Source: Gemmatimonas sp.
GTDB taxonomy: Bacteria > Gemmatimonadota > Gemmatimonadetes > Gemmatimonadales > Gemmatimonadaceae
Direction: 5' to 3'
DNA length: 55,452 nt
Assembly: GCA_044376625.1 (NCBI GenBank)
Contig: JBILKP010000001.1
Location: 1-55,452, forward strand
The notes under the pieces were generated by a model. That model searched no databases. It was not told the origin of the DNA and was given only the letters and a program-made list of their open reading frames with translations. A program made the translations under genes and the position numbers. This document shows, piece by piece, positions 48,653 to 55,452 of this stretch (positions within the stretch are counted from its first letter, which is position 1; each line of letters opens with the position of its first letter).

Positions 48653-50203
48653 ATGCGCTCCACCCACCCTGGTCTGCCCGCCTCCCGCCACGGGGGGCTT
48701 TGCGGAGGACGCCCTGGGCGCACCAGGGCGACGTGGGGTGGGCTGCGGTACCAGTGGTTGTGCCTGGCGCTGTGCCTGCCGTTGTACCTGCTGGTGGCCG
48801 GTTGTGTCCGCACGCCGGCCACCGACGGCCGCCTGGTGGCCGAATGGATGGCGCAGCTGTACGGCACCATCCGGGCGGAGCGTCTCTCCCCGCCGGTGGC
48901 CTCGCGGCTCTCGGCGTACGCGGCGGTGGCGCTGTATGCCGGGGTGGCGGCGGGCGACCCGTCGCTCCCCCCGCTGGCCACGGTGCTGCCGCGTGGTCCC
49001 GTGCTCCCCGCCGGGGCCGTACGGCCGGGGGGCGCCGATCGCCCTGACGGCACGCTGGTGGCAGTGATGGCCGAGCGCACCCTGCTGGATGCCCTGCTGG
49101 CGGAGGGGCTTCCCACCACGCGCGCCGCCGTGGCGCGGCTGGCCGATTCGCTGGTGGCCGCTCGGCAGGCGCAGGGGGTGCCTCCCGCGGCGGCGGCGGC
49201 AGCGCTGGCGCTGGGGCGCGGGATTGGGGAGGCGGTGGCCGCGTGGGCGGCCTCCGACGGCTTTGCCCAGTCGCGCGGACGCCCGTATCAGCCACCGGTG
49301 GGCGAGGCGCGGTGGGTGAACGACGCCCCCGTGACCGAGTATGCCACGCACAGCCTGTCGGCGGTGAGCGAGCTGGTGCGCCCCGACAACCCGGCCAACC
49401 GGCTGCGCGGCGACAATCGCGACGACCGCGGGCTGGTCTTGAACCGCCCCAAGGATGCCCCGGGGGGGACGCTCCCGCCGGTGAACATGGCGGGGGCCAC
49501 CGAGCCCTACTGGCGTGCGCAGCGCCCCTTCGTGCTGGCCGCATGGGACGCCTGCCCCATCGTGCCGCCCCCCGCGTATGGCACCAGCCCCGGGGCGCCG
49601 CTGTATGCCGAGGCGCGCGCGGTGTGGGAGGCCGCCCGGCAGCGCACGCCGGCGCGCGACTCGGTGGCGTACTACTGGGCCGACAACGCGGGGGAGACCG
49701 GCACCCCGGTGGGGCACTGGATGGCAATCGTGGCGCAGCTCATCCGCGACCGCGGGCTGCCGGCTCCGGTGGCGGCGCGGGTGGCGCTGGCCACCGCATT
49801 GGCGCAGGCCGACGCCTTCATCGCGGCGTGGGGGTACAAGTACCAGTTCAGCCTGATCCGGCCGCGCACCTATCTCCGGCGCGTGCTCGATCCGTCGTGG
49901 GAGCCGCTGATCCCCACACCGCCCTTCCCCGAGTATCCGGCGGGGCACTCCACGCAGTCGGCGGCGGCGGCGGCGGCGCTCACGGGGGTGCTGGGGGCGC
50001 TGCCCTTCGAGGACCGCACCAGCGTGGCCATCGGGCACGCACCGCGGCGCTTTGCCAGCTTCCAGGCGGCGGCGGATGAGGCGGGATGGTCGCGAGTGCT
50101 GGCAGGGGTGCACTTCCCGGCGGGGGACCTGGCGGGGCGCCAGCTGGGCCGGTGTGTGGGGGAGGCGGTGATGGCACGGTTCAGCAAAAACCCAACATCC
50201 TAG
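48653..50203 (+). CDS. Vanadium-dependent haloperoxidase-like / PAP2 superfamily lipoprotein
   Basis: YWAD, PVGHW, KYQFSLIRP (KX6RP), TPPFPEYPAGH, SRVLAGVHF, lipobox VAGC. Start uncertain. Confidence 0.88.
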   Translation: MRSTHPGLPASRHGGLCGGRPGRTRATWGGLRYQWLCLALCLPLYLLVAGCVRTPATDGRLVAEWMAQLYGTIRAERLSPPVASRLSAYAAVALYAGVAAGDPSLPPLATVLPRGPVLPAGAVRPGGADRPDGTLVAVMAERTLLDALLAEGLPTTRAAVARLADSLVAARQAQGVPPAAAAAALALGRGIGEAVAAWAASDGFAQSRGRPYQPPVGEARWVNDAPVTEYATHSLSAVSELVRPDNPANRLRGDNRDDRGLVLNRPKDAPGGTLPPVNMAGATEPYWRAQRPFVLAAWDACPIVPPPAYGTSPGAPLYAEARAVWEAARQRTPARDSVAYYWADNAGETGTPVGHWMAIVAQLIRDRGLPAPVAARVALATALAQADAFIAAWGYKYQFSLIRPRTYLRRVLDPSWEPLIPTPPFPEYPAGHSTQSAAAAAALTGVLGALPFEDRTSVAIGHAPRRFASFQAAADEAGWSRVLAGVHFPAGDLAGRQLGRCVGEAVMARFSKNPTS

Positions 50204-50244
50204 CGTCAGCATACACGCATAAACACGCCGAAATACAGACGCTA

Positions 50245-53200
50245 ATGAGACAGTATCAACACATCGTGCGTTGCCTGCTCATCTCGGGGCTGCTCGCCGC
50301 CGCCGCATGCACCAGCCGCGAACCGTCCCCACCCGTCTGGGTCGACGCCCCCGACCATCGGTGGCACCCCCTGCAGGTTGACGGGCGCGCCCCTGGCTTT
50401 GCGGCCATGGATCCGGCGCGCACCGGCGTCCGCTTCATCAACACCGTCGCCGATTCCCTCCTGGAGCGGAGTCGCGTCTTCGCCCACGGCGCCGGCGTCG
50501 CCATTGGCGATGTGGATGGCGACGGCCGCCCCGACCTGGTCCTCGCCCGCACCGACGGGTGCAACGCCCTGTACCGCAACCTGGGCGGCTGGCGCTTTGC
50601 CGAGGTCACCGACAGCGCCGGCGTGGGCGCCTGCGGGCGCCACACCACCGGGCTGCTGCTGGCCGACGTGGACGGCGACCAGGACCTGGACCTGCTCATG
50701 ACCGCCGTGGAGTCGCCCCCCGCGCTCTACCGCAACGACGGCCGCGGGCACTTTGCCCCCGTCACCGATGCGGCGCTGGCGGGCGCCGGCGTGAGTGGCA
50801 CCACCATGGCCCTGGCCGACCTCGACGGCCGCGGCCGGCTGGCGCTGTACGTGGCCAATTACAAGCCCTACCTCGTGGATGACGTGGTTCCGCCACAGCA
50901 GCGCGCCGTCAACCAGCTGGTGCGCCAGCGTGCCGGCGGTGTGGTGGAGGTCCGCGAGCCCTTTGCCGCCGATTACAAGGTCGTCAACCGCCCCGACATG
51001 GGCGGGGTGCGCATCACGCAGCGCGCCGTCCCCGATGACTTCTTCACGCTGGACTCGGCGGGGCGCTTTGCCCGCGAGCCGCTCACCGCCGGGCGCTTCA
51101 CGGGCACCGACGGCCGCCCGCTGGCGGAGGCCCCGGAGTCGTTCGCGTTGGGCGCCCGCTTTGCCGACCTCACCGGCGACGGCGCCCCCGAGCTCTACGT
51201 GGCGAACGACTACGAGGACCCCGATCAGCTCTGGGTGAACGACGGGGCCGGCCGCTTCCGCCTGGCCGGGGGGCGCGCGCAGCGGCAGCTGAGCCACTCC
51301 GCCATGGGGGTGGACGTCGCCGACATCGACGGCGATGCGCGCCCCGACCTGTTTGTCACCGACATGCTGGGTACGGGGCGGCAGCGCGTCACGCAGATCC
51401 CCACCCACGCCGCCCTCCCCAAGCGCCCCGGCGCCCTCGACCTCCAGCTCCAGCAGCAGCGCAACACGCTGTTCCTCAACACCGGCCCCGCCACCTTCAC
51501 CGAGGTGGCCATGGCCGCGGGCGTGGCCGCCACGGGGTGGTCGTGGGGCACCCACTTCCTGGATGTGGACCTGGACGGCTGGCAGGACCTGCTGGTGGCC
51601 AACGGCCACCTGTGGGACATCATGGACGCCGACGTGCAGGAGCGGCTGCAGAACCGCTTCACCGAGGTCCCGTGGCGCCGCATCCGCTGGGAGTTCCCGC
51701 GGCTCGCGCTCCCGAACGTGGCCTTCCGCAACCGCGGCGACCGCACCTTCGAGGACGCCTCGGCCGCGTGGCGATTTGGCACCGCGCCCGACGTCTCGCA
51801 CGCCATCGCCACCGGCGACCTGGACGGCGACGGCGACCTGGACGTGGTGGTCACCCGCCTGGGGGAGCCGGCGCTGCTGCTGCGCAACGAGGGGAAGGCA
51901 CCGCGCGTGTCGGTGCGCGTGCGCGGCGCGGCCCCCAACACGCAGGCGGTGGGCGCCGTGGTCCGCCTGCTGGGCGGCGCCGTGCCCGAGCAGCGGCGCG
52001 AGGTGACCGCGGGGGGCGTGTACCTGGCCCACAGCGACCCCGTGGCCAGCTTCGCCATGGGCGCGGCCGACAGCGCCACGCTGGTGGTGGAGTGGCGCGA
52101 CGGGCGCCGCACCACCATTGCCGGTGTGCGCCCCAATCGGCACTACGAGGTGCGCCCCGACGGCGCCGTGGTCCCCCCGCCCCCGCCGCCAGGCGCGGTG
52201 CGCGCGCTCTTTGCCGATGCCACCGAGGAGTTGGGGGGGCATCGGCACCAGGAGGATGCCTTCGATGATTGGGACCGCCAGTACCTCCTTCCTGAGGCGC
52301 TCTCGCAGGTGGGCCCGGGGGTGGCATGGGCCGACCTGGACGGCGATGGCACCGAGGAGCTGCTGGTGGGGAGCGGGGCAGGCGGGCGCGTGGCGCTGTT
52401 CCGGTGGCGCGGTGGGCGGCTGGTGCCGCAACCGGCGCAGGGGCCCGTAGCGCCGGTGGACTTCACGCAGCTGCTGGCACTGCGGGTGGGCGGGCGCGCC
52501 ACCGTGCTGGCGAGCGCCTCCACCTGGCAGCTACGCGATGACGCCCTGCGCATGGCGCAGCCGGCGGTGATGGGGATTGCCGCCGATGGCGCGCGCCTGG
52601 CCGCGGTGGCCACCGGCGCGGTGGGATCGCACCAGGCGGCCACGGTGCCGCTGGCGCTGGGCGACGTGGATGGCGACGGCGACCTGGACCTGTTCGTCGG
52701 CTCGCGTGCCGAGCCGATGCGCTACCCCGTCCCCGTCTCGTCGGGGCTGTTCCGGCAGGACAACGGGCGCTTCGTGCTGGACGCGGACAACAGCGCGCGC
52801 CTGCGCGACATCGGCCTGGTCACTGCGGCCACCTTTGCCGACCTCACCGGCGACGGGCACGCCGACCTGCTGCTGGCGCGCGACTGGGACACGCCGGTGC
52901 TGCTGCGGAACGACGGGCGCGGCCGCCTGGTCGATGCCACGCGCGACTGGGGGTGGGACCGCTTCCCCGGGCGCTGGACGGCGCTGGGCGTGGGGGACTT
53001 TGACGCGGATGGCCGGCTGGACGTGGTGGCCACCAGCTGGGGGCGCAACACCGCGATGCCCGCCGACAGCGCCGCGCCGCTGGTGCTGGTGTCCGGGCCC
53101 TTTGGCACGCGCGGGGAGGTGGAGATGCTCGTGGCGCGTCACGACGTCCGCGTGGGCGGGCTGGCCCCCTTCACCAGCTATCCGCGGGCCCGGCTGGCCA

Positions 53201-54006
53201 TTGCTGACCTGGTGACGCGTGCCGCCACCTTTGGCGCCTACGCCGATGCCACCGTGCCGCAGCTGCTGGGGAGCGCCATGGGCACCGCACGCCAGCAGGC
53301 GGTCCCTTCGCTGGACCACCGCCTCTTCCGCAACCGCGGCGGGCGCTTTGAGGCCGCCCCGCTCCCCGACCAGGCGCAGTGGGCCCCGGCCTTTGCCGCC
53401 ACGGTGGCCGACTATGACGGCGACGGCACCGAGGACCTGTTCCTGGGGCAGAACTTCTCCCCCACCGTGGTGGGGATCCCCCGCTACGACGCCGGGCGCG
53501 GGCTGCTGTTGCGCGGCGATGGCCGCGGCGGGCTGGCGCCACTCGCGCCCGCCCAGTCGGGGATCGAGGTGCTGGGGGACCAGCGCGGGGTGGCGCACGC
53601 CGACCCCGACGGCGATGGGCGGCTGGACCTCGTGGTGTCGCAGAACGGCGCCGAGACCCGCTTCTTCCGCAACGTGGCGGCCACCCCCGGGGTGCGCGTG
53701 CGCGTGGACGCCGGCCCCGGCAATCTCACCGGCGTGGGCACGCAGCTGCGCCTGGTGTACGGCCAGGGGGACGGGGCCCGCATGGGGCCGGTGCGCGAGG
53801 TGCAGGCGGGGAGCGGCTCCCTGTCGCAGCACGGCGCGGTGACGGTGCTGGGGGCCGCGGAGCCCCCGTCGGCGCTGTGGGTGCGCTGGCCCGGGGGACG
53901 GGAGGCGCGCGTGCCGCTGGCCCCCGGCCAGCGCGAGGTGGTGGTGCGACGGTTCGTGGTGGCGGGCGCTACCGCCGCCCCGACGCCGGCGTCCGCGTCC
54001 AGATGA
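50245..54006 (+). CDS. FG-GAP/VCBS repeat lipoprotein with two ASPIC/UnbV domains (CRTAC1-like)
   Basis: Many GDxDGDGxxDL repeats, SAMGVDVADIDGD, ATGWSWG. ASPIC motifs NTQAVGAVVRL..VEW and NLTGVGTQLRL..VRWPGG. Confidence 0.92.
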   Translation: MRQYQHIVRCLLISGLLAAAACTSREPSPPVWVDAPDHRWHPLQVDGRAPGFAAMDPARTGVRFINTVADSLLERSRVFAHGAGVAIGDVDGDGRPDLVLARTDGCNALYRNLGGWRFAEVTDSAGVGACGRHTTGLLLADVDGDQDLDLLMTAVESPPALYRNDGRGHFAPVTDAALAGAGVSGTTMALADLDGRGRLALYVANYKPYLVDDVVPPQQRAVNQLVRQRAGGVVEVREPFAADYKVVNRPDMGGVRITQRAVPDDFFTLDSAGRFAREPLTAGRFTGTDGRPLAEAPESFALGARFADLTGDGAPELYVANDYEDPDQLWVNDGAGRFRLAGGRAQRQLSHSAMGVDVADIDGDARPDLFVTDMLGTGRQRVTQIPTHAALPKRPGALDLQLQQQRNTLFLNTGPATFTEVAMAAGVAATGWSWGTHFLDVDLDGWQDLLVANGHLWDIMDADVQERLQNRFTEVPWRRIRWEFPRLALPNVAFRNRGDRTFEDASAAWRFGTAPDVSHAIATGDLDGDGDLDVVVTRLGEPALLLRNEGKAPRVSVRVRGAAPNTQAVGAVVRLLGGAVPEQRREVTAGGVYLAHSDPVASFAMGAADSATLVVEWRDGRRTTIAGVRPNRHYEVRPDGAVVPPPPPPGAVRALFADATEELGGHRHQEDAFDDWDRQYLLPEALSQVGPGVAWADLDGDGTEELLVGSGAGGRVALFRWRGGRLVPQPAQGPVAPVDFTQLLALRVGGRATVLASASTWQLRDDALRMAQPAVMGIAADGARLAAVATGAVGSHQAATVPLALGDVDGDGDLDLFVGSRAEPMRYPVPVSSGLFRQDNGRFVLDADNSARLRDIGLVTAATFADLTGDGHADLLLARDWDTPVLLRNDGRGRLVDATRDWGWDRFPGRWTALGVGDFDADGRLDVVATSWGRNTAMPADSAAPLVLVSGPFGTRGEVEMLVARHDVRVGGLAPFTSYPRARLAIADLVTRAATFGAYADATVPQLLGSAMGTARQQAVPSLDHRLFRNRGGRFEAAPLPDQAQWAPAFAATVADYDGDGTEDLFLGQNFSPTVVGIPRYDAGRGLLLRGDGRGGLAPLAPAQSGIEVLGDQRGVAHADPDGDGRLDLVVSQNGAETRFFRNVAATPGVRVRVDAGPGNLTGVGTQLRLVYGQGDGARMGPVREVQAGSGSLSQHGAVTVLGAAEPPSALWVRWPGGREARVPLAPGQREVVVRRFVVAGATAAPTPASASR

Positions 54007-54691
54007 CGATCGTCCCGCACGGCGGCCCCGCCGAGGGGAGCGGCGTGAACTCCGACGGCACGGTGGAGAAGCTGGCGTAGAGCTCGATCCCCTCGATGTC
54101 CAGCGCGGGGATGTCGTCCGCCTCTCCGCCCGACATTCGCGCCCCGTCCACCCACAGGTTAGGCTGGCACACCGTCCCGCGTGAGCCGGTGTACGACACG
54201 AACCGCACCCGCCCCCGCACCACGTTCACCCCGCGCTTGAGCCGCAGCACGTCGCTGAGGCGCGCCGTGTTGCGTGCCAGGATCTCCTCGCGCGTGACGA
54301 AGATGCCGGTGCCCCGCGCGCGGCGCTCCTCGAACCGCCGCATCGCGGCGCGCTCGTAGCGCGGCGCGTTCACCTCCACGGGGTCCATCGCCTGCGGCGC
54401 CCGGGCCAGGTGCACCAGCAGCGTGTCCCACGTCCGGTCACGCAGGCCAAGCCGCACCGTCACCGGCACGTACCCCACCAGCCGCACCACCACGGTGAGG
54501 CTCTCCGCCGCGGAAGGGCTCAGCGTGAAGGCCCCCCTCGCGTCGGTGCGCGTGGCCTGCGCGCCCGCCTCCACCGTCACCCCCTCCAGCAGCTGCCCCA
54601 GCGGGTCGCGCACCACGCCCACCACGTCGCGGCGCACCGCCCCCTGCGCATCACAGGGCGACGGGACGGCCGTGGCCACGGCCGCGGCCAT
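53969..54691 (-). CDS. Carboxypeptidase-regulatory-like domain plus TonB plug-like domain, no barrel
   Basis: VVGVVRDPLGQLLEGV, then FEERRARGTGIFVTREEI..CQPNLWVDG..DIEGIELY..VPSEF..CGTIVIWTR. True start probably slightly upstream. Confidence 0.8.
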   Translation of the reverse strand: MAAAVATAVPSPCDAQGAVRRDVVGVVRDPLGQLLEGVTVEAGAQATRTDARGAFTLSPSAAESLTVVVRLVGYVPVTVRLGLRDRTWDTLLVHLARAPQAMDPVEVNAPRYERAAMRRFEERRARGTGIFVTREEILARNTARLSDVLRLKRGVNVVRGRVRFVSYTGSRGTVCQPNLWVDGARMSGGEADDIPALDIEGIELYASFSTVPSEFTPLPSAGPPCGTIVIWTRTPASGRR

Positions 54692-54847
54692 CAGGACGGC
54701 CGCCAGCCAGGGGCGCGACCAACGGCGGGGAACGCGGGGGGTGGGGAGGGGCACCAGGCGGGGGACGGGGAGGGCAGCGGCTGGCGAAAGATCACCCGGC
54801 GCGCGCCGGACTCGCCAGCAGGGGGTCCGTCCCGCAACTTCCCGACC

Positions 54848-55452
54848 ATGCGCCAACGCTTCCGTCCGCTCCCCCGCCCGCGTCTCCGCGCGCGCCTCCT
54901 GCTGGCCGCCCTCACGGGCTTCGCTGCGGCGCCGCCCGCGGCCGCGGCGCAGGCGCGCCCCCCGGCCGCCGAGCCCTCCCGCATGCCGCCGCCGGGGTGG
55001 AAGCACTCCCCCGCCCGCTACGAGGCGCTCCTCTGGCAGCGCGACGTGATGGTCCCCACGCGCGATGGCGCTCGCATGGCCACCGACCTCTATCGCCCCG
55101 CCCGCGGTGGCGTGCCGGTGGAGGGGCGCTTTCCCGTGCTCCTCAATCGCACCCCGTACAACAAGCAGTCGCTGGCCGAGCAGGCGGTGTTCTACGCCGA
55201 GCGCGGCTACGTGGTGGCGCTGCAGGACGCGCGGGGGCGCTACAAGTCCCAGGGGGAGTTCTCCAAGGTGCAGCCCAAGGACGCCACCGACGGTTGCGAC
55301 ACCATCGAGTGGCTGGCCGGCCAGCCGTACGCCAACGGCCGCGTGGGGATGTGGGGCACCTCGTTCTCCGCGCACATGCAGGCCGGCGCCGCGCAGTGCC
55401 GCCCGCCGGCGCTCAAGGCGCTGCTCCTCAACATGGGCGGGCTCAAGAACGG
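54848..55452 (+). CDS. CocE/NonD family hydrolase, 3'-truncated
   Basis: Not in the ORF track because it has no stop in the window. Signal peptide, DVMVPTRDG..TDLYRP, RTPYNK, GYVVALQDARGRYKSQG, nucleophile elbow GMWGTSFS. Confidence 0.92.
   Translation, partial: MRQRFRPLPRPRLRARLLLAALTGFAAAPPAAAAQARPPAAEPSRMPPPGWKHSPARYEALLWQRDVMVPTRDGARMATDLYRPARGGVPVEGRFPVLLNRTPYNKQSLAEQAVFYAERGYVVALQDARGRYKSQGEFSKVQPKDATDGCDTIEWLAGQPYANGRVGMWGTSFSAHMQAGAAQCRPPALKALLLNMGGLKN

Noticed and set aside
53969-54006. 38-bp convergent 3' overlap as antisense regulation
   Set aside because: Short tail overlaps are common in GC-rich genomes (another occurs at 1885-1895), and there is no further evidence.

Overview
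GC-rich bacterial chromosomal window, most consistent with Gemmatimonadota (inferred from gene families and protein style). From left to right it holds accessory genes (ankyrin, VOC, TPR, OM barrel, M20 amidohydrolase, PadR plus membrane partner, Ada Zn-domain, PaiB), a five-tRNA operon (Ala, Gly, Val, Arg, Pro), a sigma-70 factor, an MlaF-like ABC ATPase, NUDIX and AraC genes, and the F1 ATP synthase genes atpAGDC. About 36 kb of cell-envelope genes follow. The best candidate for an undescribed system is the five-gene operon at 19924-30287. It encodes a TonB-dependent receptor, a ~1430-aa secreted protein ending in a T9SS type-A-like C-terminal sorting domain, a PorV/PorQ-like barrel, a small OM barrel and a lipoprotein. 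It has no SusD and sits behind a promoter with a poly-C spacer. Also present are a GWxTD protein, a CAZyme-free SusC/SusD locus, two barrel-less plug-domain proteins, a vanadium haloperoxidase-like gene paired with an FG-GAP/ASPIC gene, and a truncated CocE/NonD hydrolase. No integrase, transposase or CRISPR array was seen. All family assignments come from motif recognition by eye, not database searches.
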